DNA of 64,000 nt from assembly GCA_951406725.2 (NCBI GenBank), contig OX597822.1, positions 54,002,001-54,066,000 on the forward strand. Direction: 5' to 3'. Numbering within the stretch: the stretch's first letter is position 1; every line of letters starts with the position of its first letter. The notes below the pieces were generated by a model. It searched no databases. It was not told the DNA's origin and was given only the letters and a program-made list of their open reading frames with translations. A program made the translations under genes and the position numbers. The stretch is from Octopus vulgaris (taxonomy: Eukaryota). This document shows positions 26,565 to 40,355 of the stretch, in pieces.

Positions 26565-26961
26565 TTCTTTTGCTCTCTAGGCACAAGGCCGAAACTTTGA
26601 GGGAGTGGGCGAGTCGATTAGATCGACACCAGTACGCAAATGGTACTTAATTTATCGACCCGAAAGTATGAAAGGCAAAGTCGACCTCGGTGGAATTTGA
26701 ACTCAGAACGTAAAGGCAGACGAAATACCTATTTCTTTATTGCCCACAGGGGCTAAACATAGAGGGGACAAACAAGGACAGACAAAAGGATTAAGTCGAT
26801 CACATCGACCCCAGTGTGCAACTGGTACTTAACTTATCGACCCTGAAAGGATGAAAGGCAAAGTCGACCTCGGCGGAATTTGAACTCAGAATGTAACGGC
26901 AGACGAAATACCGCTAAGCATTTCGTCCGGCGTGCAAACGATTCTGCCAGCTCGCCGCCTT
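26565..26961 (-). mobile_element. SINE family A with duplicated body
   Basis: One head (AAGGCGGCGAGCTGGCAGAATCG) and two B-box/body units; flanks share GAATACAAAGAATTATT (TSD-like, about 26550 and 26962). Confidence 0.85.
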
Positions 26962-27098
26962 GAATACAAAGAATTATTGAAAAGGACTTGTGACTGATTA
27001 AGAAGCTTTGCAGTCACATGATTTCAGATTCAGTCCCATTGCTCTTCAACTATAATCACGGGCCGATTAATGCTTTATGAACGAATCTGGTCGACGAC

Positions 27099-27212
27099 AT
27101 CCATCCACTCATCCACCCATTCATCCACCCATCCATCCACCCATCCATCCATCCATCCATCCATCCATCCATCCATCCATCCATCCATCCATCCATCCAT
27201 CCATCCATCCAT
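27099..27212. repeat. (CCAT)n microsatellite
   Basis: Read directly from the sequence. Confidence 0.95.
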
Positions 27213-27479
27213 ACTTCCGTGCAACCACGTGCACACACACAATATATATATTGTGGAGTAGATGAAATTAAGGCGACTGAAGAAGGGGAATTTTCTTTGT
27301 TTGTATGTCCTGTACTCTATTTTTTCGTTGTTTAAAAGAATATCTCCATTTCCTCAGTTTTCTGTTTATGTTTTCGTTTCTCATTATGTTCGACGTTTTT
27401 TTGGTGTCCTGCACCCATATATGCATGTATATATACATGTAGAGGTAGGTACGTACATATATGTATGTATATATGCATA

Positions 27480-27620
<141 letters not shown>

Positions 27621-27690
27621 CCTATTTATGTACTTATCAATGTATATATCTGTCAATGTATGTATGTGCGTATGTATGTATGTATGTATG

Positions 27691-27721
<31 letters not shown>

Positions 27722-28401
27722 GTATGTATGTATCTATCAGTTTGTCTGTTTATCTATCTACCTGTTTATATATGTTTATGTATGTGTCTTTCTGTTGCGC
27801 ATGTGCCCCATACCACGTGAGAAGAGGTTTTAATTTGTTTACCTCCCCATGACTTAGCAATTCGGCAAAAAGGGACCTAGAGAATAAGTACCAGACTTGA
27901 ACCCACTTAAAAAAAAATCCCCAAACCCCTAAGTACTGGGGTCAATTCGTTCGATTAAACCATTGAATACGGTGCTCCAACATGGCCGCAGTTCAATAAC
28001 TAAAACATAAAAGATAAATATTCGACTCTTATGAGTCATGCAAGACCGACAGTGACTAAGTTGTGGTTGAAATATGTTGTTTTTATTGGCAATGTCTTTT
28101 ATATTCTAGATGAAAGTGAATTTCAGTATGGCTACTAAATTGCAACCTGTTGATTTCAGAAATTTTCCGATGGCTGATCTCATCTGATGTTATTCAGGAT
28201 GTAGTCATCGGGAAATATGATGAACCGATTAATTTCCCGCAGAACAATAGCAATACTTAAACATCAAACGCTGCTGGATTAGTATGTAAACAGTCTATGT
28301 AGAAATATTTCATGCATGCTTACATACATATATTCATAGATACATATAGACACATACACATGCATATGCGCGCGGGCATACACACACATACATAATGTAT
28401 A

Positions 28402-28465
<64 letters not shown>

Positions 28466-28789
28466 GTACGTATATACAGATGCGCACATGTACATACAGA
28501 TACAAACATATGTTTGTATAAATATATGTATATATATATATGTGTGTGTGCGCGCATGTGTGCGTATATATATATATATATAAACATACATGCATACACA
28601 CACGTACACATAGGTACATAATATAACATGCATATATACATATATATATATATATATTATTTATATATACATATATATGTACATACATATACACGCGCAT
28701 AAATATATATATATATATATTTATGTATGTATATATATGTATATATATATTCAAGTAACATACATACATGCATACATACATACATACGT

Positions 28790-28856
<67 letters not shown>

Positions 28857-29429
28857 CAAATATATACAAAGATATAGATGCACACAGATATAGATATAAG
28901 TATATATACGTACATAAGATATCTACATACATGCACACACTTATATGTAGGTGTATAAAAACACACACACATATACATACATGCACACACAAGTATAGTT
29001 AGCAGAACCAGATTTACAGTCTTGCAAAATCTGACGCAATGCAAATGAAGAAATAATGTTGATGCATACTGAAAAGAACAAAAGTTCATAAACTATAGCA
29101 TGACTGAAATAGTCAAAATTCAACGAATTAATTGCTCATAAAATTCAGTGTGGAATGTCAACGTGGGAGATAGTTCATGATGCTTCGAAAAAATTATCAA
29201 CTTTACATGAAGTATACAGAAAGAACATTCAAAAGTAATTGCTAAAAAGAAAGAATTTTCCTCAAATATAACCAAGAATTTCCGATCGCTTGGGAAGTAT
29301 AACTTTCTATCAACACGCATATTATAAGCTTTTTAATGCGAACTATGCTAAGGTAAGTTAGTATTGCTTAAATGTCAGTATCGAAAGCACACATCTTCAC
29401 AGTTACAGCAACCGCCTTTCAATTGACAA

Positions 29430-29720
29430 CATTGATTCACTTGTCCGGTCAGGATACACAGGAGTTGTATTATCAAGTGTCAAGTACATTACATGACAGT
29501 ATCCAAAAGAACAACATGGAATTCACCACTAACTCCTTCAAAGCACGGTACAATATATATGAGCTCATTTAGGTCTAGAAAAAGAGAAAACATCTTTTCT
29601 CTGTCCAGATTTGTCTGGAAATTATGGGACCAAGGACATAAATACTCTTTTATAACTTAGAACAAAGACATTTCTGATGCTAAATGGTTTCATAACTACT
29701 TTGCTTATCTCTAAAGTTCC
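29430..29720 (+). pseudogene. Decayed Naiad-type GIY-YIG endonuclease remnant
   Basis: EFTTNSFKARYN..SFRSRKREN..LSRFVWKLWDQGHKY parallels the endonuclease at 36779-37220. Confidence 0.6.
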
Positions 29721-30138
29721 AGATCGTGAAACAGCCTATCAGAAAATCCGAGATATCGTCTAATTGTCGTCACTGGCGAACATTCCTTTTCGTGAATTTC
29801 CAGCCGAGGGAACATTCCAAGCGATGATAAATTACTAATGAAAGAGACATTAAAGAAATTCTCAAAAAAGTAAGTAGTCTCACTTGAAGATAAATATACA
29901 TCTTGATCGAATAATCATCATTAAACTTACCAGCTTGATTTGTAGCCTGCCTGCAACACTTTGATTTCATGATCTGCCATTATTAATACAACCATACCAA
30001 CAAGCGATAAGGTGCGACTTTACCAGTAACATTAAAATCAACTGAAAGAGCGCTGATGTTATGCGTGCATGTGTATGGGAAGCTTTTAGCTATGCACTAG
30101 TAGATCAATATTAATTTGTATGTGTGTGTGTGTATATG

Positions 30139-30236
<98 letters not shown>

Positions 30237-30420
30237 ATATTACAAATCCAAATTTACAGGAAAAAATCAGATTTATATATAAAATATTATAAAATATTAT
30301 TAGAGACAAAACCACTATTTTGCAAAACAAACAAGGAAAGACTAATCAATACATAAAATTTATATACATATATATATATATAACATACATATATATATAT
30401 ATATATACATATATACATAC

Positions 30421-30458
<38 letters not shown>

Positions 30459-30544
30459 ATACATAAATACAATTTCACCAAGTGTTCAGTATGAAAGGAC
30501 CATATATATACTTGCATACATATTAGAAATAGCATATATATATA

Positions 30545-31015
30545 TTAAAGAAACCTCTCATAGGGCCATATAAAAATCAAATGCATTATTTGAGAACGTA
30601 CGTTTCAAGATTAGTCAACACGACACTTCTATCATCAGCTCAGAAACTCCTTGGTTTGGATTTGAAAAGTTTTTTAGCTGCTATTTCTAATGAGTTCAGT
30701 ATGCGGCAAAGTAATTTATTTTACTAAGCCCTCTCAATTGTTGAAATTATAATTAATCTCTCTCTAATTAATGCTTCGGATTTTACCGAAATAAGCATAG
30801 TGTTTACTGATTTTAACCCACGCTGGTGGAAAGGGGAGAACAGAAATTTGTTGGCACTGTTAGTTGCGAGCAGGTCTTCGTGTCGTGTTGACTAATCTTG
30901 AAACGTACGTTCTCAAATAACCTTTGCATTTGATTTTTTGATGTCTTTACCCCATACTTTCGTGAGCTGAATTGAGCAAACACTATATGAGAGAGGTTTT
31001 TTTATATTATATATA
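30545..31015. mobile_element. Foldback PLE-tail element in (TA)n with hammerhead
   Basis: Minus HHR 30591-30642: TGAG CTGATGA TAGAAGTGTCGTGTTGACTAATCTT GAAA CGTACG TT|CTCA. Its 3' half is repeated inverted at 30880-30920. Confidence 0.75.
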
Positions 31016-31017
31016 TG

Positions 31018-31104
<87 letters not shown>

Positions 31105-31106
<2 letters not shown>

Positions 31107-31348
31107 AATGCACAAATTCTGTAAGTTTAAGACCTTTCATCGGATCTCCAAGAATCGAACTTTCTTCAATGCAGTTAATCTTACACCCTCATTTGTATCT
31201 ACCCCTTTTGATGTTTGGGAATTCTCTGATGTTTTTTCGGTTGACGAGTACGAGCCACCTGTATATACTGCATTTTTTGTAGCTTATTAAAGATGTCCTC
31301 GTACGAAACAATTGTACCGAGATTTTAATCCATTCTTGTTGCTTTTTT

Positions 31349-31350
<2 letters not shown>
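31105..31350 (+). mobile_element. Short PLE pLTR fragment with hammerhead (31237-31320) between (TA)n
   Basis: Homologous to 38330-38568; TCGG TTGACGA GTACGAG..CTCGTAC GAAA CAATTG TA|CCGA. Confidence 0.85.
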
Positions 31351-31409
<59 letters not shown>

Positions 31410-31411
<2 letters not shown>

Positions 31412-33070
31412 TGGTTGTTTACTCCTTATGCAGAGTCTGACCACCTCCTGTACCTACACTTTAGAACCATCATGGCGTCTGATATGGCTTTTTAATCCAG
31501 ACAATGTTTTGAAAAGACACTTACATAGATTGCATATCCGATATCGACCACCACGAGCTGCGGTTAAGTTCTGATCTTTGTGGATCTTAAAATGTCTTTC
31601 GAGGCTTGCGTTAGATTTGTAGACCTTATGGCATACATATCATTGAAATGTGTGCATTGACATATAGGCAGAAGTTGGTGGAGGTTAGTTTTTCAAGGGT
31701 CCGCAAATGACATTTCAGCCTGGCAAAGGAAAGGCATTGCCTGTCACAAACTGTACACACAAAGAGGTAATTGTGATTCACCTTCACGATCATAGCATTG
31801 TTCTTTAAATCTCTCTTGAGTCTTGAAAGTGTTATCTTGGCCTCTTCAAACGCTTTCACTGTACTCCACACTTTTGCTCGCCATCCAGCACGATCCGAAG
31901 CAAGGGTTTCTATGTCCTCTGGATTCATTCCAAATGACTTCATGGTGGTCCTCATGCCGTCCTTAAACCTATTTTTAGGTTTACACTGATAACGTTTCTT
32001 TCTGCAAGCTCGTCATTAAACAGCTGTTTGGGTGTGCGTTCATCCGCCATTCTAACAATATGGCCAGACCATCTCATTTTGTTTTTCAGAATCATTGCTT
32101 TAATTGAAGTGATGCCCGTAGACGCAAGGACATTTGTGTTTGGAGTAAAATAACTCCATTTAATGTTTAAAATGCGATGAAAGCATTTTAGGTGAAATTG
32201 TTCTAACAATTTGAAATGTCTTTCATAACATGTCCATGTTTCAGAAGAATACAACAGGAATGCTAAGACAAACGATTTGTAAAGAGCTAATTTTGTGTTG
32301 TTATTTATATGTTGTTGGCACCAAACGCGTGACTCCAAACCACCAAATACTTGTGCTGCCCTTTGAATTCGCAGATGTATTTCTGTGTCCAGATTTCGAT
32401 CATTTTGTACAGAGTTTCCAAGGTATATAAAAGAATCAACCTCAAGCAACTTACTTTTAACAAAAATTTTAGGCGGGTGGTTTGCAAATAGCACCACATG
32501 TAAGTTGATAAATTACAACTGTTTTTTTTTTTTCAAGTTTTTACCAAGCCCAAATCATCACAAGATGAGTCAAATGTAGATACAAGAGATTGCAGACATG
32601 TTTCAGAATGACTGACTAGATCGCAATCATCAGCGTCTAAGAGTTCCCTAAAGAATGAAGTAAAAACCTTCATTTTGAATTTCAGTCGGGTGAAATTGAA
32701 AAGATTTCCTGTTGTTCGATATTTTATGTAAATACCCTTTTTGGAGTTTTGAAAAGCGTGTAACAACACAGCAGCAAAGTATTTGCAAAGCGGGTGGGTG
32801 CATCAAGATCTCCTTGCTTTACTCCATTTTTCACGGCAAAAGATTCGGAGAGTCTACCACAAAATTAACACTAGCTTTCATATCTTGATGCAAATCCCTG
32901 ATCACGTCTACAAATATTTCTGGACAACCTATTTTCCTTAGAATTAGCCACAGAGCATTTCGATTAAAAGTATCGAATGTTTTGCTCAAGTCAACAAAGC
33001 AATGGATTCTCTTCAATGCACTTTTCATGAAATTGTATGATTGTAAAGATACAATAAACTGTGCCCTTGG
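31410..33070 (-). pseudogene. 5'-truncated RTE-clade LINE (RT and C-terminus), decayed
   Basis: FVDLSKTFDTFNRNALW, GVKQGD..AP, LLDADDC, FIYLG, LLYSSETW, RWSGHIVRMADERTPKQL and a C-terminal CTVCDRQC..H. Confidence 0.9.
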
Positions 33071-33073
33071 AAG

Positions 33074-33117
<44 letters not shown>

Positions 33118-33120
<3 letters not shown>

Positions 33121-33317
33121 ACATAAAAACAAAAGACGAAGACGGGTGTGTAAAAACAACAAACAGATGTATTAGCTTAACGCTAGGGAAGTGAGAAAGT
33201 CTTTTACGTTTCGAGACTACGCTCTTCGATAGAAAGGAACACAGAAATAAACAGGGAGAGAAAACAGAAAAAGGTATAGTGGATTGCGATCTGCCATGGC
33301 GAATGCCGGACAGAGGC

Positions 33318-33320
<3 letters not shown>
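33118..33320 (-). mobile_element. PLE 3' terminus with U6-variant hammerhead (33201-33236)
   Basis: Reverse complement of 12060-12270; core CTATCGA is mutated; (TA)n on both sides. Confidence 0.75.
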
Positions 33321-33349
<29 letters not shown>

Positions 33350-33384
33350 GCGTGTGTATGTCTGTATGTGTATACATACATACA

Positions 33385-33463
<79 letters not shown>

Positions 33464-34004
33464 AGACAGACAGTGGGAGAGAAAGAGGAAGACAGAGAAG
33501 GAGAGAGAAAGAGAGAGTTGTAAACATAAGTCAATAACGAGGTGTATATGTGAATCAAGAGCGTTTATTGTGCACCATCCTTTCTATCCGTCCATCATTG
33601 GTTCTGAGTATTCTCAACCACTTTTAAGTCTTTAAATTTTTTTCTGCCTGAAAATAGAAAGTTAGAATTATAAATTTTCTAAAGAATAATTATTAAAATA
33701 CGAATAAAGATAATAGTGAGGGGGTATGCGGGCAGGCTGGTGGAGTGCAGAGCTTTCTTTTTAATGACTGTTTTGAACCCAGTGTTTTACTACAATATTT
33801 GTAATTCTAAGTGAGAGCAGACTTAACTTCGAAGTTACAGCTCAGCAAACCGTTTTGTCTTCCATTGTCCCTACACGTATCAGCTTTGCATGCCAAAGTA
33901 CCAATTATTTAAGCACTATAGTTCCAGTATAGTTCAAGTGTCATAATAGCACGCGGAATTTACAGCACCGGAACAGAGTATCAATGGACAGGTCAACTAT
34001 ATAT

Positions 34005-34410
34005 CTTTTACTCTTTTACTTGTTTCAGTCATTTGACTGCGGCCATGCTGGAGCACCGCCTTTAGTCGAGCAAATCGACCCCAGGACTTATTCTTTCTAA
34101 GCCCAGTACTTATTCTATCGGTCTCTTTTGCCGAATCGCTAAGTTACGGGAACGTAAACACACCAGCATCAGTTGTCAAGCGATGTTGGGGGTACAAACA
34201 CAGACACACAAACATATACACACACATACAGTTTCCGTCTACCAAATCCACTCACAAGGCTTTGGTCAGCCCGACGCTATAGTAGAAGACACTTGCCCAA
34301 GGTGCCACGTAGTGGGACTGAACCCGGAAACATGTGGTTGGTAAGCAAGCTACTTACCACAAGTCACTCTTGCGCCTATACTTATCACACAGCTACTCCT
34401 GCACCTATAT
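34005..34410 (-). mobile_element. SINE family C
   Basis: Matches 10582-10982; head end locally duplicated. Confidence 0.85.
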
Positions 34411-34454
34411 GACAAAAATACTTTGACTTTTACTTTTTCAATATACAACATCAA

Positions 34455-34670
34455 AGCAGGGAGGTGAGAATCGTTAGCACCCCGGCTAAAATGTTTAGCT
34501 ATGTTTCGTTCGTCTTTTCGTTGTGAGTTCAAATTCCGCCGAGATCGACTTTACCATTCATCCTTACGGGATCGATAAAATAAGTACTAGTTGATCATTG
34601 GAGTCGATGTAATCGACTTACCCCCCACCCTCCGAAATTTGCTGGCCTTTTGCTAAAATTTGAAACCAAT
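34455..34670 (+). mobile_element. SINE family A
   Basis: GAGTTCAAATTCCGCCGAGATCGACTTT..TCGATGTAATCGACT. Confidence 0.8.
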
Positions 34671-34801
34671 TTACAACACCATCGTGAAATAAAACTGAAT
34701 GCAATAGTGTCTGGGTATGTATGTGTCCTACTAAAGCCTCGGGCCGACCAAAGTCTTGTGAGTGGATTTAGTAGACGGAGACTGAGAGAAGCCTGTCGTA
34801 T

Positions 34802-34873
<72 letters not shown>

Positions 34874-35434
34874 ATATATATACAACAGGCTCCTCTCAGT
34901 CACCGTCTACTAAATTCATATATATATATATATCAAATATCATAATACATACCGTTACAACTGCCGTTAAATTACAAAACAGACATTCTATCCTTATCAC
35001 ACACATGCATGCATAAATAAATTTGCCGTTACAGATCTATAATAAAGATGTAATTTTCTCTACGAAATTTTTGGTGTCAAATATTTTGAATTTCTCAAAA
35101 TTCTGTTAAAGGATATCTGGACTTACCTGTCACGCATGAGGATTTACTCGGAATCTGTATTCTACTTACATTCACAAGTGTGTAATTGTTGAATATTGTG
35201 AGCCAAATTATTTTAATACTGAGTGCTTTATTGATATCTGCCAGGATTTTGTAATCCCTATATATATATATATATATATATATACGGTTAAGTAATTGAG
35301 ATTCTAGAGAATTCTAAAGAATTCACATGAATATGGTCCTTAACTAGGATGCACCGGATATCTATATGGTGTTAGCCATACGACAAGTGGGGTGATTATA
35401 AATAGGAAAAAAGCAACAAGAATGGATTAAAATC

Positions 35435-35518
35435 TCGGTACGATCGTTTCGTACGAGGACATCTTTAATAAGCTACAAAAAATGCAGTGAATACAGATGG
35501 CTCGTACTCGTCAGCCGA
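35435..35518 (-). ncRNA. Type I hammerhead ribozyme, intact core
   Basis: TCGG CTGACGA GTACGAG(CCATCT)...(AGATGTC)CTCGTAC GAAA CGATCG TA|CCGA. Confidence 0.85.
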
Positions 35519-36778
35519 AAAAATATCAGAGAATTCCCAAACATCAAAAGGGGTAGATATAAAAGAGGTTTTAGGATTAACTGCATTGAAGAAAGTTCGA
35601 TTCATGGAGATCTGATGAAAGGTTTTAAACCTATAGAATTTATGCATGTCTACATATAGCTCATATTGAATATTTGATCAAGTTGTATGAAGAAATTTTC
35701 GGATACAGTCATGCAAAATTTCTGAAAATCCGAGTAAGAGGCACAGTGACTGCCACATCATGTAGAGGAAAGTCTGAATAAAAACATAGTGACTGTCATG
35801 TCGTGTAGAGGAACAGATTGTTATTGAAATTAACAAGAATCGCAGATAAGTTCGGTTTTTTTGGAGATCTGATGAAAAAATCTTGAACTTACAAAATTTG
35901 TGTATGTCCTTATAGTTCGTAATCCAGTTTTGTGGAGGGATTTAGGGTACAATCATGCGAAAATATCAGGGAGTCCGAATGAGAAGCAAAAATGACAGCC
36001 TTATATTGTAGTGGTTCAGGTAGTTAATGAAATATTCAAGAATCACAGAAAGAGGAGGAAGGGGGTAGGAATTTAATCAGTTACTGCTATTTAAGCTGTC
36101 AAAGAGAAAGGAAAGGGGAAGCTAAGGGGATGGGCACAATTTGATACTAACAAAAAAGTCTAAGTTGGTTTGGAACAAATTCGGATTGAGGTCAACAATT
36201 TATTTCTTTATTTATAAATGTTACTATTAATAGATTGTCAGGTTACAAAAAGATCATTAGAAAGGAAAGAAAAATGGGGTTGTTTTTAAATGAAATTAAA
36301 CTATTATATTATTATTATACTAAACTATAAAACATACATAATGTTATTAAATGAAAATATTAAATGAAATTAAACAATTATATTATTATTATACTAAACT
36401 ATAATACACTACACTATATTAATATTATATTATTTTGATAAATTATATCACATCACAATACACTACGATAGGTCTAGTATTAGCAGAAATTAATTTTAAA
36501 AGTTTAAAAGAAATTAAGAGAATTAACTAACTAAAATTTGTAATGGGATAAAAAATAGACTAAGAAATGGAGATAAAATTAATTTATTAATAATATGGTC
36601 CAATAGAAATAAATCAAATAAATAATTTAAGTCAATAAGTATCAAATAGTACCATCAGAGAGAGAAAAATTATAATCATAGCTAGTTAGAACTAATCTTT
36701 CTAGTTAAATATATACTATGTAGGAGTGATATGTAAGTCAAAATGAATTTTATGTAAAATGATTCCAGTATACAGTTA

Positions 36779-37490
36779 TCAATTGAGATATGATTTAAAA
36801 TATTTAAGAGTCTTAAACCGAGCATGTATACAAGAATTTCCGAGTTCAATTCTGCTGTTTAATTGAATTTCTCCATTATTTTTATACATTAGTATTTCAA
36901 ATGCTTCCATGGAGCAAAGTTGGCAGCCTACTCTGCTATTTTTATAGGGTTTTGCTCTTCTGACTAATTCCCAATTTAGGTTATATTTGATATTATTGTT
37001 TTTTAGTTCCCAAATTTTACTAGAAAGAGTAGTACTATCAGCCTTATGACGTAATTTAAAAGATGAGAGATGATTATTCAATCTCTGTTTAAAATTTACA
37101 GTGCATCCAACATAAGAGAACTTATTATTATCTGTGGTTACGGAGCATTTATAGATTATGTTAATTAACCCGCATAAATCAGGGGCCGGGCATTTTGATT
37201 TAATTCTGAAGTTACATCTAGGGGCATTATAATTAGAGGTGGAATACTTTGAGGATAGAAGTTTTATATTACTGTTGCTCGAAGCAGAGCGGGTAAATTT
37301 ATCATGATTTTGATTATTGTTATTATCTAAAAAAACTCTATCATTATTGTAGTTAATATTATTATCTAAAACAGTATTATCATTTATAGGTATTCCTACA
37401 TTTTCATTTGGTTCTAAAGCTCTACTTTCATTATTATTATTATTATTGGTGCTGCTATCTAAAATAATGTTAAATTATTGCAGTTGATGT
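36779..37490 (-). pseudogene. PLE ORF 3' end: Asn-rich linker plus GIY-YIG endonuclease
   Basis: Open frame CNFRIKSKCPAPDLC..NIIYKCSV..YVGCTVNFKQR.NNH.SSF..TTLSSKIWELK..W..CQLCSME..LNSRIE..CIH; RT part missing. Confidence 0.85.
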
Positions 37491-38454
37491 TATCTTCTAA
37501 AGTAGTATTATCATTTGTCAGTATTCCTACACTATCGTTAAGTTCTAAACTCTACTATCATTGCTGATATTGTTGATGCTATTAGTATTGTTGTTGATAT
37601 TGTTATCCAGATGTGTAGTGTTGTTGCTGATAATGTTGTTACTCTCATTCACTGTACTTACATTCATGGTATTATTCCTATTACTACCATAATCATTCCT
37701 ATATATGTTATTATTGTTATTAACAATTCCATGGCTTTTGGTTATATTTATTTTATGACATTCATTATTGTTAATTTGTTGACCTCAGTCCGAATTTGTT
37801 CCAAACCAACTTAGACTTTTTTGTTAGTATCAAATTGTGCCCATCCCCTTAGCTTCCCTTTCCTTTCTCTTTGACAGCTTAAATAGCAGTAACTGATTAA
37901 ATTTCTACCCCCTTCCTCCTCTTTCTGTGATTCTTGAATATTTCATTAACTACCTGAACCACTACAATATAAGGCTGTCATTTTTGCTTCTCATTCGGAC
38001 TCCCTGATATTTTCGCATGATTGTACCCTAAATCCCTCCACAAAACTGGATTACGAACTATAAGGACATACACAAATTTTGTAAGTTCAAGACTTTTTCA
38101 TCAGATCTCCAAAAAAACCGAACTTATCTGCGATTCTTGTTAATTTCAATAACAATCTGTTCCTCTACACGACATGACAGTCACTATGTTTTTATTCAGA
38201 CTTTCCTCTACATGATGTGGCAGTCACTGTGCCTCTTACTCGGATTTTCAGAAATTTTGCATGACTGTATCCGAAAATTTCTTCATACAACTTGATCAAA
38301 TATTCAATATGAGCTATATGTAGACATGCATAAATTCTATAGGTTTAAAACCTTTCATCAGATCTCCATGAATCGAATTTTCTTCAATGCAGTTAATCCT
38401 AAAACCTCTTTTATATCTACCCCTTTTGATGTTTGAGAATTCTCTGATATTTTT

Positions 38455-38538
38455 TCGGCTGACGAGTACGAGCCATCTGTATTCACTGCATTTTTTGTAG
38501 CTTATTAAAGATGTCCTCGTACGAAACGATCGTACCGA
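38455..38538 (+). ncRNA. Type I hammerhead ribozyme, intact core (mirror of 35435-35518)
   Basis: Same sequence on the plus strand; predicted cleavage after GUA at 38534. Confidence 0.85.
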
Positions 38539-38566
38539 GATTTTAATCCATTCTTGTTGCTTTTTT

Positions 38567-38629
<63 letters not shown>

Positions 38630-38632
<3 letters not shown>

Positions 38633-38979
38633 AAATGGGACAAGAACGCAAAACAGTTAGGTGATACAAAAAAGGGACAACAAAACATCCAGATTGACGA
38701 TACAAGTACGGATCATGAAAACAAGTACGGATCATTTTCTTTCCTCAGTCGAGTTCCAGATTATCTTTGCAATTTCAGCTGGTTATTCTCGAGATTGCTC
38801 CAATCTGACCAGCCCCCCAAAACTAAGCTAAGAGCATTAGATTCCTTGGAAGAAGGCAGCGAATGTATACGAAAACAAGGACTGAAAATAAACGGAGAAT
38901 GTTACACAAATACAAATGACAGGACATAACAACAGGTGTCTTTCGACTAAGGACGAATTAAATTAAGCTGGCGCGTGTG

Positions 38980-38980
<1 letters not shown>
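38630..38980 (-). repeat. Unclassified interspersed repeat in (TA)n
   Basis: Reverse complement of 57945-58172. Confidence 0.75.
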
Positions 38981-39066
<86 letters not shown>

Positions 39067-39078
39067 CATATATATACG

Positions 39079-39120
<42 letters not shown>

Positions 39121-39152
39121 CATATATATATGTATGTATATATGTATGTATG

Positions 39153-39186
<34 letters not shown>

Positions 39187-39245
39187 TGCATCGTTGGCGA
39201 TTTTCTTTCTCCGTCTTCGCTTCCTTGGACCTTTCCTTTTTCTAT

Positions 39246-39280
39246 GTTTCTGACGAAGAGCTCCGCTCGAAACGTTAAAT
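39246..39280 (+). ncRNA. Minimal hammerhead motif within PLE tail 39190-39365
   Basis: GTTT CTGACGA A GAGC TCC GCTC GAAA CG TT|AAAT. Confidence 0.7.
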
Positions 39281-39361
39281 CCTCCTTCTTTCCTTTTCTG
39301 AGCGTCCAATAACACTATACGTGTTCCACGTCTTCGCGTTGTTGTGTTTTCATGTTTGGAT

Positions 39362-39389
<28 letters not shown>

Positions 39390-39395
<6 letters not shown>

Positions 39396-40094
39396 AGTAT
39401 TAAGAGAGGGACCACATGTGGTCACTCTAACGCTAGAAATAGATCCACAAAGGAAATCCACCACTAAAGAATTGTTCTCAAGCATTAATTCAACACGCCA
39501 AGAATAGGCCACCTGGTGTTTTAAATTGATGTTATTAATTAATATTCAATTTTTTCACCCTTATTATGATTTTAATTATAAATTAATATGTTCTCAAACC
39601 GGCAGTAAATTACTGGGATAGTATTTACATCCGGTATTTTTCAACGCGCCAAAAATGAGGATATTTGAACGTAACTGCAAATATAATCGGCTGTGCCGTT
39701 CGCCTTTGCTCGGCTTCGTATGGATTTTGGCGTTCGGTTCAGCAAATTATATTTTTGATATACTCTACTGAGGATTCGAAAATGATTGTGTAAGTAAAAT
39801 TACACAATCTATTAACGATGAAACAATTGTACAGAGTTAATCTATTTTTTTCGTTATTTTTCATTTGTCCTGCCCGCTTACATTCTTGGCATGTTGAATT
39901 AATGCTTGAGAACAATTCTTTAGTGGTGGATTCCCTTTGCGGATCTATTTCTAGCGTTAGAGTGACCACATGTGGTCTCTCTCTTATTACTTGTATTAAT
40001 AATTTTTACTGTATCACATTTTTTTTACGCTAGGCCACTTCGTGTTTTAAATTGATGTTATTAATTAATATTCAGTTTTTTCACCCTTATTGTG

Positions 40095-40097
<3 letters not shown>
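39390..40097. mobile_element. Rearranged PLE-tail element in (TA)n with inverted and direct repeats and a hammerhead
   Basis: 39390-39505 is inverted at 39883-39996; 39506-39570 is repeated directly at 40031-40097. HHR 39762-39837: ACTCTA CTGAGGA ..GATTGTGTAA GTAAAA TTACACAATC.. GAAA CAATTG TA|CAGAGT. Confidence 0.75.
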
Positions 40098-40155
<58 letters not shown>

Positions 40156-40271
40156 CGTGATCACGTGACCGACCAGGCTATCAGATGTTGCTACACATCG
40201 CTGGTAACAAAGTGCTTCGCATTGTTTTAGCCTTCAAATGACACCACCCCGCTGGCTAAGCGAGCAGGCCA

Positions 40272-40323
<52 letters not shown>

Positions 40324-40324
40324 T

Positions 40325-40355
<31 letters not shown>

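Larger units (their letters stand above)
35284..38568 (-). mobile_element. 5'-truncated Naiad-type PLE with about 800 bp inverted pLTR copy, inserted in (TA)n
   Basis: 35404-36197 is near-identical to the reverse complement of 37774-38568; GIY-YIG ORF lies between; (TA)n at both ends. Confidence 0.9.

Noticed and set aside
36195-37220. Selenocysteine recoding or SECIS, as reported for some Naiad PLEs
   Set aside because: No in-frame TGA at the Cys positions of this endonuclease and no SECIS recognisable by eye.
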